This document shows positions 40,508-62,065 of a stretch of DNA of 64,000 nt, one piece after another. The notes beneath the pieces were generated by a model that was not told where the DNA came from, ran no database searches, and worked only from the letters and a program-made list of their open reading frames with translations. The position numbers and the translations under genes were made by a program. The stretch's first letter is position 1. Each line of letters opens with the position of its first letter. This DNA is from Lingula anatina (taxonomy: Eukaryota; Animalia; Brachiopoda), in the NCBI GenBank assembly GCA_051362555.1, contig CM120644.1, positions 8,440,954 to 8,504,953 of the forward strand. Reading direction: 5' to 3'.

Positions 40508-41681
40508 ATGCGATTTCAGCTTTATTGCGTCCTGCTGCTCAGCTACGTCATTACGTCATGTGGTGTCGTCCCAACCAATGAGCACCGTTGTATTGGATTT
40601 AACTCTTGTATGTGTAAAAGCAGCGTAGGGATTATAGATATTTCAGCTTTGGCGAATAAGAATGGTACAGCAAGGTATGTTTATGCGCAATAAACCGAGG
40701 TATATCATAAGTGCACGTGTATGAGTGTGTGTATGTGTGAGCGCTCGCGAGTGTGTGTGTGTGTGTGTGTTTTGTGTGTGCCTGTGTGTGCCTGTGTGTC
40801 TGTTTACAAGTATGTGTACCTAAAAACATGAACAAATACACGTCCGTATTTAAGGATGAGGAAAAATGGACACGCATCTGCACGTAAATAAACGTACAAG
40901 CAATGAACTTAACCAAAGACAGTAAACCCAAAGACAGTAAACGTGTATATATTGACTCAAGGGAATGTCCTTAAGGTAATGGTATGGGACTATGTGGGAC
41001 TTCCAAGCAGTTCTATGAGGAAATTAGGGTAAAAACCCCAATAAGAATCCCCCGTCACAAAATAAACCCTGTTATATGCCAGGACCCATTTAAATAAATG
41101 GAAACGGAAATCGTTCCAGGTTTCGGGATATTCCAAGTCCTGATGCAGCCCGAAGTACCGTGTCGTGGAACCCATGCTATCCGTTCTCCGACGGCACGTA
41201 CCAAGCCATGGCTTGTTACAATGTCTCAGTGAGTAAAATGAAAATTAGCCGGTAAAGACTTAGTCCGTTACATTTTCTTAGACAATTTCTTCAGCTGAAG
41301 TAACTTCATGGCTTGCAATGTTTTTCTGTCACAGCCAAAGTTTAAATTTGTAAATAAATAAATAAATAGATAAATAAATAAATAGATAGATAAATAAACA
41401 GATGGATGGATAAATAATCAAAATATTCAAAATGCCGATTATATTTATACAAATTCACGTGCAGTGCCAAACATTTGGCGCGTATCCTTCTTTGTACCTA
41501 CTTGTACGCAATTATTTTGCCCCACTTCAGGGTTGTGTTGTCCACTATGCGGCAGGCATGTTCTGGTACTACTCACTGGGCACCCAGCAGTCTGCTACTT
41601 TTATCACTGATGCCACGAGGGGACTGGGAATATACTACAATACTACAGAGCAAGGTGGAAGGTGGGGGTTACGTTTACTCC

Positions 41682-41724
<43 letters not shown>

Positions 41725-42497
41725 AATCATACCAATCGAATTGGTCACAATTTCACGTCAGGAATCTTGACACCAAAACTGTTTTAAGAAAAAGACAATA
41801 ATGACATCATGATTTCTAATTAGAATATATCAGCGCAATATTCGAAATGTTCCCGCGTTTCAGATCCCTTTTTGTCCAATTACAATGTGATCCCAAGGTA
41901 GAGGCAGACTTTGGTGTCTCCCCAGATGACCCCTACGTGGACAATACATTCGTAAGTAGGCATGTAGTAAAGATGCAAATTTCAATTCTAAATAATAGCT
42001 ATTAATGTTTAACGTTATTTAAATAATTCTTTTAAAAGCCTGTCGCAATAGCGTCTAGTTTTATATTTTGGATTTACAGCTGTCACCTTGTTTCTATTTA
42101 AAGCGTTTAAACGGGTGCAATAATTTTATCACAATCATGTAAAACCTGCAGGTTGCAGATTTATAAAGAACTCATAATTGTCACTGTAAAGGCAGGGCAT
42201 TTAAGTTAACCAATATAACATACATGCAGCTGATTACGATCAAAATGCAAAATTTAAAGTAAAGACCAATTCTGTGAAATGCTAATATATGCATTGTCAT
42301 AGGTGACCATAATTTGCAAGTTTTCCATCAAACATGCGCACGTATCTGCTGTATAAATTTCTGATGTAACGCATTGTGTAGGATCATTGAATGCATTGAA
42401 TGGATTCGTTAAGACCTTATAATTTGCTGATTATTTTATTTTGCAGTATTTCACTCTGACAAGCCGGTGGGCGTGTCCTGATCCACACCGGAATTGA
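40508..42497 (+). CDS. Secreted single mannose-6-phosphate receptor homology (MRH)-like domain protein (181 aa)
   Basis: Exons 40508-40674, 41120-41228, 41531-41661, 41864-41951, 42447-42497 (TGA). Total 546 nt, phases agree. Signal peptide, then CMCKSSVGIIDISALA...SWNPC...C...C...YYSLG...R...VQLQC...YFTLTSRWACP, the Cys and aromatic pattern of CD-MPR/ATG27-like MRH domains. No TM helix. AATAAA at ~42719 and ~42728. Confidence 0.8.
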
Positions 42498-42872
42498 CGA
42501 CCACTAGAATGTCATTGGTCCACGGTTTGAGGTAGTGGACGTAATGGATCCCATCACGCCTGCGACAGGAATGGAGTTTGCGGAGGGCCAACTTGATTTG
42601 TTTAAATTAATGCACAAATGCATATGTACAGTACTTGGTTGGATTTAAAAATCGCGTGAACAATTATGATGATTATTTGTTTTTACATCCACTTTATGGG
42701 CTAATCCAAAATTCCTGTAAATAAATTAATAAAAGCATATAAAGTTGAACTCTACGGAAACCATGGCTTCCCATCATCTTCAATTTATTCAGGGAAACAT
42801 GTTATAATCAATCAATAAGATATAGGTTAATGAACATTCCGTCAATGCCAATAATTGAAATGTGACGTCAGC

Positions 42873-49927
<7,055 letters not shown>

Positions 49928-52900
49928 GGCGACGTACGTCTTTGACTAGCTTCTGGTCAACGTATGATCAACGTCGCGAATTTAAGATACAGTTTGAACA
50001 CGTCAGCACCACAGTACCCTGTAGTTCACATCATCTTTAGATTCAGGACCAAGGATTAAGTAAACAGATCACGATATGTATATGAGGGCAAAATTGTGAT
50101 GTACGGCCGAGATAACTACAACCATGGATGCTTATTTTTTTGATGGCGTAACGGTTTTTTTTTTTTACTCAAATGACGTATGTTGTTTCTTGGAAGAACG
50201 TACTTTTCAAGATGAGACTCCGGTGTGGCATGATAGACCCGTTCCGTGACAAAATCGTTTTGCACATGCGCATTAAGGGTAGATTGCAAGAAGGGACTTC
50301 CTGTATGACGATGTCGTCCTTAGTATGCCCTATGTTTGCACTGAACTATTATCTTTCAATTCATAATTCAGTGGTTTTCGTCATGAGAGAGTATGTATTT
50401 GATAATCTTATAACTCTATGAATGTTGGAAATGAGCTTTTGATCGTGACTGAACTGATTTGCTCTGTGAGAAAAGCGTGGTAGATCTAAGACTCGTAGTA
50501 TAAATGTTTTCACTCTACAATATGTTCTTTCAATTCAGAGTTAAGTAATTTTCGTTAAAAAGAAATTGTGTGTTCGATAATACTATAACCTTCTCTACAG
50601 GAAAATGTTGGAAATGCATGCGCAGCTACATACTGTAAGTCAACGGACTGCTACCCCCGCGTGAATAATCCGTCAGAACGGTTTATTCACGACGACGGTT
50701 TCTTCACGTAACACCGGGTTGGAATGAGCTCTAATCAGTTTAATCTAGGCGCGGATTAACAAGCATGTTGCAGTTGACATTGTACCTTGCTTCCTGTCCA
50801 GATGTCGTCTTTCTCAAGGCATGTGCATGAAGAGCTTCACCCTGAGTTGCCTAGATTTCCGTAATATACCCAGACTGCTATCAGCGTGTCTTTGTATGCC
50901 ACTAACTAGTGGAAAGTCGAGTTCGCTGAGACTTTTGAAATTTAGGGTAGACAGTCATTGACACTGCGCCATCAGGATCATTTCGCACATACGTCAGGGT
51001 TGTGATCCCGAAGTTACGAACCACCTCTGGGAGTATTTTTTTTATAGCTTTACATGTTCAAATGTGCTATTCTTCCACTCAAAACGCGATACTGGACTGC
51101 AAACGTTTTATCCAATATTCATTTGTAAGAAAATGATTTATGTACCCTAGTTTTTATCATGAAGAAAGTAAAAGATGCACTGTGTAATATTTTCTCACGA
51201 AAAACCAGTCTTCACGAATTATCCTGCGCGGAATACGTAACTGAATCAAGGCGCAAAATAAGGTTAATTTGGCGACACTAAACCCGACCAAATGTTGACA
51301 AATAGTTTCTAATAGCAGAAGTTAAAGCCATGGCATTCACGGAGAGACAGGCCATACACACTCTTGTGTTTCAGAGCACGGTATACATCAGACATGAGCC
51401 TAGGTTTCAAAAAACTCTCTGAACACCCCCCCCCCCCCCATTTTTTGCCGATCTTGGCGAATCTCAGAAATGAATTAGAAAACGCGAAATTCCGTGGAAA
51501 CAGCTCTTGATACATTGAAAGCACAAAGTGGGAGTTCCCAACCACACCTGACACTCGGACAGGCCCACACAGCTCATCATAATGAAACACAACTTCCCAG
51601 GTTTACAATGACTTTTGTTTATTGAGCAGTACACATGATACCACTTACATTCAGATACAGACACATTAACCTTAAGTTTACTAAGCAAAGATGTACCATG
51701 TTACAGTTTCATTGTGCTATTTTCGTCCCAACTTCCTCAGTCCCAAACTGCCTTAAACAATTTACATTTTTAGTCGAAATAGTCGTGTTGTTTTTCTGTG
51801 CCACTCTTTCGTGTCGTGAAGTGATAGAATTGAGGAGCTCAACCCAATCCACATCTTCAAAGACACCACGTTCTAGGATCTTCAATCAGAGCAGTTCTGC
51901 CGCATCATGGCTTATTTGAAACACTTTCCATTTCCAGACAGAATGTTTTGCAGGTATAATCCACAAACGAGGTAAAAGGTGTTATAGTATTGAACATACA
52001 CAAGTTATCACATGACGCCAGTAAAAGCAGACTACCTCATATATATGGCCGTGTAACGACTGATTCAACAATGAACTAACAATTGAATGAAATGGACTAC
52101 CTGATACTAAAAATGTTCTGCCCTAAAAGTGTAACATTGGTACTTGGTAATTTTTTTTTGTGTAAACTACAGAAAATGACTAATAGGAGTATTGATATTT
52201 TTTGGAGGACTATATCGTAAGCTGAACTTTTGGTAAACAAGCGTCTGCCTAAAACAAAATATACAGTTCCTACGGATCTATGACGTAATCAGAACAGTTC
52301 ACACAAGAACTACTTTAAACCGACATTTGGTCTTACTGGTGTCATCAGGCAACTAGATGACATAGTGGAGACCAATTCCAGGTTTAACTAGCCCATGTGT
52401 GAATGCGCCTATTGTCTAAACAATATCACCTAAAAAATACATCATTCTACAGGCACAGCAAGCTAGCTACCTCGCCACAGCAAATGCAATGTCATGGCAT
52501 GAGCAACATAAATGTTATGATTAACCATTCACAGAAAAATAAAACTTGGTGAAAAAATTAATAAATAACTTACACATATGTACATACATTGTTAAGGCAT
52601 AATAATTTAATCAACTGCACTAGCACTGACACACTTCTCTATGCACTTTACAAACCTCATCACTTATTGATATCATATTTTAGCACAATGGCAAAAATCA
52701 AAACTAGCCAATTTGGATCAGATATGATTTAGATGCTTAGATCCCATACCCTCTACCCCCTCCCACAAAAAAAGTAAACCCTATGCGTAGTTATAAAGCA
52801 GAAAATACAAACTGAAAGCCATCTTTAGAACATCAACGGTGGCAGCGGTGGGATGGACATGTCACATTTTCAGAGTTTTAAGAAACAAAGAAATATCTAA

Positions 52901-53676
52901 ACAACAAAAGAGCCCAAAGTCAGTGCCAACCCTCCCCATCTCAGCTACCCCTTCTTTATATTACTTTTAATTGAGATCAGTTGGAAAATTTCACTCAAAT
53001 CGTCTGAAAGACCTTCTGACATTCAAAACTCGGATTTCAGATCTTCATCTTTTTGCTTTGATGCTGTACCACTGCTAGGTCTCTCCCAGGGCCGAGAGTG
53101 CATAAATATCAAACCACCTCTTTTATAACATAAATGGGTCACTATGTTATTTTCAGTAAATTGACCCAATTATCCGAAATACCGCAATGGCGGCCTACAG
53201 CTCTCAAACTCTGGGTTTCCCTAACTTCATATTCCAACTTCCCTTATGTCATCGTGCTTGGCATGTCAGCCTTCTTTTTCTCTATCCAACAAAGCAGACA
53301 ATCCATTATTATTATTCACTTTTCTCAGCATCAAAACCTCGAAACTGGACTAAGTTGAAGGAATTTTCTGACTGAGATGATACATTTAAAATTCACTGGA
53401 CATTGAATTTTATGGTCTTCCAGTGTGACCAAACAAGATTTTAGGCCAAGTTTATTTTTTAATCAACAGGTGATCCACCTTAAGAAATCTTCCCTCAGAG
53501 ACAGCCTTGACACTTGACAGCTAACCATGCACCCCCTCCCTCCCAAGAACTTTCAACTCACTTTCTCTTAATACAGGAAATGTCACTTTTCACAGGAAAA
53601 AAGGAATTTTGCCTTACACTAAGATATATGCTAAAACTATTCAATACTGAATGCCTTGCTAACTATAACCCTAATA

Positions 53677-53711
<35 letters not shown>

Positions 53712-54486
53712 ATTGCACAATCATTATCCCAAGTCACATTTCCATTTCATAACCACAAATGATCTAACAATAAGCAAGTTCTTAATTCCTACTCTAGCCA
53801 GCAGGTTATAATACACCTGGCAACAATCTTCTATCAAAAAACCACATGCAAATATCTACAATGATACATACATAATTGTCTTTAAACATTCCAATTCAAT
53901 TATTCAAAATGTACATAAATCAACATAGTGGGCATATTCTGCTTTATCCCAGATAAAAAGCTACAATGGCATATGATACACAATATTTTTGAAGCCACAG
54001 ATTTGTTTATCATTATTACTATTATCATTATCATATATCTAATACAGTTGATATGGCAGCATGAGAAGAAGCAGGCTGTGTTGGGGTTATAATCTCAGGG
54101 GAATCATCCCTTGCCCCAGGCTTGTGGGTGCTGAGAATATGGTCTTGTAAATTATGCTGAGAGCAGTTTAGAATAAGACACTGGCAGGTAAACAGAGGCC
54201 TTAAATGCAACCAATAGATTATTTGACAACTCAATACGACTTGCAAAATTCAGATTTTTTTGATGTTTTAAAGAACTGACATTTTGATCCTTACAAAATA
54301 CAGGGAGGTAAGTATATGCAGTAACATTTCCACGCCTTCTTCAATGAATCCAACATCAGTTTCATCTTATGCTGCAATAAAAACTGCAGATTACAAAGTA
54401 AAACACTACATTTAATGACATGTCATTAAGGAAACTTGTCAACAAGCATCAATTCTAAGTTACATAACCATAAGTTCAAGGTGTAT

Positions 54487-54575
54487 ATACAGATGCAACT
54501 TGTTTCCCATTCCACAATTCTGAGAATACAGATGCAATTTGTTTCCCATTCCGCACTCCTGGAAATACAGGTACA
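54487..54575. repeat. 39-bp tandem repeat (~2.3 copies)
   Basis: ATACAGATGCAA(C/T)TTGTTTCCCATTCC(A/G)CA... occurs twice plus a partial third copy. Confidence 0.8.
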
Positions 54576-55336
54576 ATGCCACTTTGTTGCACTTCAGAGC
54601 CACCTCCTTACACAGACATCTGAATGATAGTAATGGTTCTTTAGATCTCCAGACACACCTCCGACATGGTATCAAACATCCCACATTGGTATTAAGAATA
54701 AATCTTCAGAAAGGCATGCTTTCTGTGCGGCCTTATGCAAAGATGCTCTCACAGTCAATCTGTATGACAACTTGACCTAGGCTGGCACTGGTATGGTATG
54801 GTATGGTGATGTGAAATATATGATCTCAGGTGGCATCAAATCTGTATTTCCCACAAAATTGTGGAAGCAGCATGGGACTTCTTCAGGATTCACCTACAAC
54901 AAGAAATAAAAATGTAACAACATGCTTTCACCCAATTCCCATTTGTATTAAGGGAAACCAAAAAGTAAGGGCAAATCACATTCAATACAGATGTCAAACT
55001 CAATATTGTGCGAGGTGCCAAAATGAGGAGACATTAATCAAAAAAGGTAAATAGACAAATGAATGATGCAATTTCGAGGACATAATGGCACTTGCTGGCA
55101 GTGTTCCACAAAACTCAAACTGAGGCCATGTTTAGAAGCCGACCAAATTGAACCAGAAATCTCAATCACCTCAACAGATTCCTAAACATTGGGTGTAAAA
55201 TATGAAGGTCCCTTTGACATATCTGCTGAAATTCTTCAATGGCATCAGCTTAAAGACTTCAAAGGTGCAAATTGCTTTTCACGGGATTTATAACAGGCAC
55301 GATAAGGGTCACAATTCGGGTCCATTTATGATCTAG

Positions 55337-58300
55337 TCATATGGTGATGTAAATTGGACCATTCCTATTAATTATTTGGTCAGGTTGTGAACACATCTTC
55401 TCTTTGCACAATGGCTCAAGCATTCTCCAATAATTTAACATGACACCCTGCCAAGACATCAGCAGTAAACCAACTGCAATCAGTCCATACTTACTACTGG
55501 CCGTAGCTGCAGCTAACTTGTTCTTAGCCATTAATTGTTTAACTTTTAACTGCTTGTCTGCCTCTGATAGCGGCTGCAGGCCTGGGAAGGGAAGGGGAAC
55601 ACACTGAGGTTAAACATCAAGCATGCATGGCTAGGACGAAGCATTTACACAAAACCAGTTGGTGCACATTGAGTTTGAACCAGATCAGTCTTATCAGGAT
55701 AACGAAATACAGACTTGATATAATGAAATACAGAATTGATTGGGCTTTTCATTGTTTCTTCCATAATGATGAATTTTTTAAAAATGTAATATCTAATTTT
55801 TATTATTTATTGTCGCCCAGACTGGATGTGATTTGTGAAAAATCTTGTACAATAAACTGAAATTTTGTGAAATTGCAGGACACCTATTTTTCCGAATGTA
55901 ACTTGGTTCAAACTCAACTGAGGTTAAAAAAAGTTACCTTACATGGATTCAAAGGTGTTAAAAATACTAAACAAAAAATAAAAATTCAATTCTCAACAAG
56001 GGAATGAAGAACACAATGTTACATACTCAAACAAAATTGTATCTAAATAATGACATATAATAATACTGACAAGAGGATATCAATCATTAGAAAAGATGCT
56101 TGTTCAGTAGGTTACAATTCAAGCATGGTGAAACGGTGATTCAAATGTAAGAAAAGCTGGTACAAAATGCATGAATTTCATGAAACAAATGTCAAATGTG
56201 CCAGGACAAGATAGCTGTGTGAAAATCATGTGAGTATTTTAGCTGCAGATTAAAAATAAAAATATACGAAATAACAAAAGATCTTGTTATTATCACTTGG
56301 AAACATTTCATCTGAGCAATTTTCTTTTTATGAAGCACCAGATCAGATTGGAAAATAAAAATCAATTCCAAAGATGTACTTCTAAAATCTAACTATGCCC
56401 AAATGCAAAACCCCGAGATCCCCCAAGATTTAAACTTCATAATGTCAAAACCCAAATTTCCCAATCATATTTCCTCTGTACCACGAAAACTACCAACCTG
56501 GTTGTTGAGGAAGACCTCTTTTGCTGCCTCGCGGGTTATTGTCCTCCCGAGAGACGGAGGGAGCAGGTGGGTATATGATCACCTGGCTGATTTTACTGTG
56601 AAGAGAAGGAAGCAACAACCCAAAATAAAAGCCACACCCAAACTCAAACTAAGAACTGCACTCTGGGATGGATGGCATCCAGGAAGAAGTATTTATGGGT
56701 AGTATTTTCATCGGGTGGTTATCATATCACAGAAGTGTTGATTGTAATCATGGAGGTGTCTGCACAGTGTTAACCCAGACACATAATGCAGTGTTTGCAG
56801 TCAACTAAAGTTTTGATCTTTTTAGATTTGATATTTGATTTTTGTTCCTTTTTTATTTTACATCATGCAAAAAGTGACAATTGTACAGGTTTCAAAATAT
56901 TATACACTGCCAAAGAGCGTTGTTCCCACATATAATTAATAAAGTAAGGTTTTGCATCAAGATAAAAGGGTGCAATTTGTGACTAGAGATATAATTGGTT
57001 TCTTTCTGTCCAACAAACATTGGGGTTTTACAAAACACACATCTTTTAATCACAAAAGTAGAATGTCAAAAAGATTTTAGTTCCATCCCAGGAGTGCAGT
57101 TGTATTAAGCACACAGGAAAACACTGCAAGTAGCTGGAAACCAAAACTATGAACAAAAATTAAAACAGATAAATCGAGGTGTAACAACATGGAGGGAGTT
57201 TCCCCATGCACTACAAACTACAATGGACTAACATTGCCACCAAGAGCCTACAGTTGTCTTAAGGAGTAGATTTAGACAGATTAAGGTCTATATGCCATCA
57301 TATTACTACAATATTTTAGTGACTTTGCTGTATTTAGAGCCATGTCTTTTAGAATATGAACCCAAATATCACACAGCTGCACATAACCTGACTGGTGAAA
57401 TGTTAGTATTATGTTACTATTTATTTCAATTGTGACATGGTTAATCTGTGCCGTGCTCACTCCAAGTTGTAATCAGGTTAGACATTTGAGGCCATTACAG
57501 GCAAATAAAAAAAAAAAAAAATAAAAAATAAAAATAGTGCAAATGAAACATTTGCTTCTACTGAATAAGATGAGATGGTTACTTCTGTTTCACAATATTA
57601 TAATACAGATATCACAAACATCAAATTAAATAAGACAGTTACATAAATGCAATGAATTTAAAGCTACCAAAGATCGAAACTAAATACAATGAACAATGCT
57701 TCATTTAGGGTAATGCTCAAACATGGGAACTCCTTTGGACTGAAAAATGCACAAATCTCTCTGTGCATATAAATCAGTTACTGACAAGTCTGAAACCCAA
57801 TTGGTGCCTGTATGTATTCTTGCTGTCTGATGAGAGAGATGTGCTCATTTTTCTAGTCAAAGCAGTTTTTCTCCATACAGACCTCTCTAGACTATAGTAT
57901 CAGGTTTCTGTCACTGGGCAAGTATCACATAGTAACCTTAGACTGAAATATGTTCTGAACTCTTAAGATGAAAACTTCTACACTACTTTGCCACTAAGAT
58001 ATCCCTGCAGTGGTTTGGGCCAATAAATAAATCAATCAGTAGTTATTTTTCATTTGAGTCGAAAACAACCAAAACATTGGCTCTTAAAATTAGGATCACT
58101 CTGCAGTCTGAGATTAATTTGTGAATTTGGCCCATGTACCTACCCTTAGCAATACTTAATGAAAATAACCCCTCAAGACAAATATCTACATCTCATAGAG
58201 AGTAGTGGGATAATAATATATCCAGGTGGGGTTAGGTGTTCCATATTGTCACTCACCTTTCAGTGTTAGTATGTTTTTCATGTTAAAATAAATACAGCAA

Positions 58301-58986
58301 TCCATCTCCTTCTTTGAAGCATACACCACTAACAAAATCTAACATGAAAACCCATTGGAAAGCCAAAGAACTATCAAAAACAAATACCATCAATTCAAGA
58401 TATACAAGTAACACGATAGAGATTTTTATTCCGAGTGTAAAATTCCAAAATGGCCACCAATTTAAAGATGGTATCCGTTCTTTATTATGTTCCTTGACTT
58501 CAATGGTGCAGTTTCCAGTCTAATTAATCTAACAAGGCCCTAGTTCTTGCCAGTTAAGTAAATAAATAATAAGTGTAGCAACTTACGCTGCAGGCTGCTG
58601 TGCCACTGGTTTCACCACTGGTGGTGCGCCACCACGGATCCCAACTGGAGCACCGCCATGATGGCCCTGTCCTGCACGGATTGGTTTGGCTGAAAATCAC
58701 AATATGAATAAATGCTTACACATAAAGGCTTGCTTGACAGGGATGATATCATACTTCCAATGTACATAATGTAGAGTTGATATGTGGACTGCTTTTATTG
58801 CACCATTAATGTTAGCACTTTTCAGAAGTATAACTGAAATGTGTTAACTGAGTTGATTTCTGATGTCAGCAGGTATCCTCAGTAAAATGAACCTGTTACA
58901 AATTTTGTATGGCACAGTGGTACAAACAATTACTTTGGGTCAATGTCAAGCACTTTGATTATGTTGTGTTCAAACTGTGCAATAAT

Positions 58987-59053
<67 letters not shown>

Positions 59054-59169
59054 GGAAACAGACAGAATATTTATGGGTGAACATCTCACCAATCTGAGCA
59101 TGCTGCATTCTCCTCTGCAGATTCTTCTGTCTAACAGCTTCTTTGATTCTGTCCACCTCATGCTGATAT
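55337..59169 (-). CDS. KIF5B: Kinesin-1 heavy chain (KIF5/Khc), C-terminal tail exons (5' part outside window)
   Basis: Exon 59169-59090 RYQHEVDRIKEAVRQKNLQRRMQHAQI joins exon 58689-58587 AKPIRAGQGHHGGAPVGIRGG..., giving the conserved kinesin-1 autoinhibitory QIAKPIR motif. The tail either stops at GCG TAA (58583) or splices on to candidate exons 56595-56498 and 55581-55539/55337, which are less certain. No upstream exon was recognised in 59170-64000. The symbol denotes the single invertebrate KIF5/Khc orthologue. Confidence 0.9.
58989..59045. repeat. Compound (GT)n(GA)n microsatellite
   Basis: Lies in the intron that splits the kinesin IAK motif. Confidence 0.95.
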
Positions 59170-61459
59170 CTGCAAACAGGACACAAAATAAATTTATTTC
59201 AAGGCACAGTAAGAGGCAACAAAATACATTTATTATTTAGCTAGGGCTCTCTAGGGCAATTATTTTCTCAGCCAATTGCCAAAGCTTATTCAATTTAGCC
59301 AAAGAAAAACAGATTGGTTCAACTTTTAATTGAATAAAAATTCTCTGCAACTGGAAAGAAACAACAATATGCTTTAGAGAACCCTCTTGGCTAACACCCA
59401 ATTCTGCTTCACATACACACGATTCCAATGCAGTTATTATAAAGTTTAGTGGGTCGGTGTCTATTATTTTACCAGTTAACATATTACTTTTTCATACTGA
59501 ATATTATATAATATTATACCCAATCTGTTAATTTTAGTTGGATAACTATTTATTCAGAGGAATATCCATACAACCGAGCTATTATGGGTGCTACTTTTAT
59601 TGGATATCTGATTTACATAAAATGATTCGGTTAAAACATTCCTTAGATGACTTTATATGGACAATCATATTACTACAGAGGTGTTAACTGATTATTGAGG
59701 TATCATGACTAATGTGCACACTGCTAAAGCTGAACACATTTAGACTACTAGGTGTGGTACTCAGTTAATGTGCAACTATGCAAGGTAAACTTCAGCAAAG
59801 GTACTAGAGGGCCATGGAGAACATAATTGTTTACCTTATTTACTGTGTTAACTTTAATATTAAATAAATCCATTATTAACCCATGATTAACCTTAGACAG
59901 CAGTTTAAACAGTAAAAAAAAAAAAAAAATCTAGATCCTCTTCTATTATCTGCACTGACTCTGCAAGAATCACAAGAGGGACCTTTCAGATCTTTCAGCT
60001 AGTGGGTAATACCAACAACTTTTAAGTCTTTAGTCAAACTATTTAAAAGAACATTTGTATGATTTTTGTGTTTCTTCCACACCCTATGAGGGACAGGGGA
60101 GTCAAAACTGAAGAGCACCTTGCATAGATTGTACTACTTTGGTAATGGCAAGTCATTAGACTAACCTAAACAGTCACTTTATCATTTTTTTATACAATGC
60201 AACTACGCAAAGCCTCTAAAGGAACACAACATTCCCAAGATTAAATCAAGCAGGTTGCATATTAACAATTAGTTGGCAGCCACTTTCATAACAAAAGAAT
60301 CCTTTTCCCCACAAAACCAGTTTAAAATTGAAACAGCCCTCTGTTGATTATCAGTAAGTTATTAGTTTGAAGCAGTTTACCTAACCTAAAAGCAATCTAG
60401 CAAAAGCCATGCTTTTGTAACCACTCAATGATTATATAATGAAATGTGCACAGAATAAAAAGGACAGAAAAAGCATGCTATGTGTAAACACTGACCTGGT
60501 ACAGTATCTGAATATTTGGTGTAAATGATTTCCTAATTTGTAGTATAATTTCATTGTTTCAAATGCCTTGTTCCAAAGATAACAATGTTGTTTTATTTTT
60601 CTGCTGTGTATCATAATTTTTTAAATTTATTTTTGTTTTCTTTTCACAGTGATATAAAAGGCATCTTTATTGTGTAAAAAATTGCCTGAATTTTGAGAGC
60701 CACATCTTTTGCATTGTCTAAGTGCCAACTGCATAGCAGCTATTGGGTGCTTTAATCAAGCTGGGGAGGAAGGAGTACAAATGTTTATCATCTTAAAACT
60801 GTTATATTGTTTAAACAGTAAGAGAAAAGCACAACAGGGGTGATATCCTAAAAAAAGGAGGCAACTTAAAAACCCTCCATTACTCAACCAAAAGTCAGAC
60901 AGTCATTAACAATTTACATTGAATCAATCCGACTTGAGGGTGAGTGCAAATATTTGTAGATTATAAACTTTCTAGAATACCACACCCACACCAGCACATG
61001 CTGCCTAGTAAGTGGGATAAAGCTGGCTACTACAGTTATGCCCCACACCCACATGCTTTAAAATAAGTCAATGAGTCCATCATTTGGCCATTGTGATTAC
61101 TTATTAATAGCACTGTCAATATACAGTTATTTAAGTATTCTTCTTATTTTTTTATAATACTTTTAAATGTATTTTTTAATGTTTAAGTGATAGCTTACTA
61201 TGTGGCATAAAAGAAGCTGTGCATGGCTATCATATTTCATTCCAAATCTTATCATTTTTTAAATTGCCAATTCTAATTGAAACAAATCAAAGTTAAATAA
61301 ATATGATTATTTTTACTAAAAAAAAAAAAAAACATTGTGTTAATGATGTGGTCTTACATTAAGAGGAGCAATAGGATCCACAATCACTAATCATCGCTAA
61401 ACCAGTCAATTTTTTTTCCTCACTAAGAGACAGACAGACAGACAGACAATGGCCCAGGT

Positions 61460-61626
61460 CAGGGGCGGATTTAGGCCGTCTTATGGTCTTCCGGAAGACG
61501 GTCAGATTTTCAAGTTTACATTGACGGGTATCTATTTTTTTCTGTCGGAAGACGGTCAAAAATGGAGGTTGGATCAACAAAGATAATTTGGAAGACTGTC
61601 AGAAAATATCTCTGGATCCGCCCCTG
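61460..61626. mobile_element. 167-bp hAT-type MITE with 5-bp TSD
   Basis: CAGGT|CAGGGGCGGAT ... ATCCGCCCCTG|CAGGT, with three internal GGAAGAC(G/T)GTCA subrepeats. Confidence 0.8.
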
Positions 61627-62065
61627 CAGGTATCTACATACCACCCACTGGGTGTATGTAAAACACAACTACAAACTTCAATAGTTACAGGTGTCAGTGA
61701 ACCCAGGCAGTCATTCATCAAACTCTCATCCAATGTCCATAAGAACTGACTGACAAGTTGAACACAGAGTCAGAGATCTCAAACTGTGGTTAGATTCAGT
61801 CATCTTGAAAAAATAAGTGATTTTCTTTTGTATTAGTACACATTCCTTTTGGTCACTTTACATGCCTATCTCAATCAAAGCTGATGCTAAATGTGTTGCT
61901 GACAATGGAAAATTTAAAATTAAAGGTGTCCTATAATATTATGGAATATACAATAAAAAGTCTATCATATTGATAATACTCTTACCTTTTTCTTAAAAAA
62001 AAAAGACATACTTATTCTGATTTACAAAAAAGTAATCAAAGTATAAAAAAAAAAAAAAAAAACTG

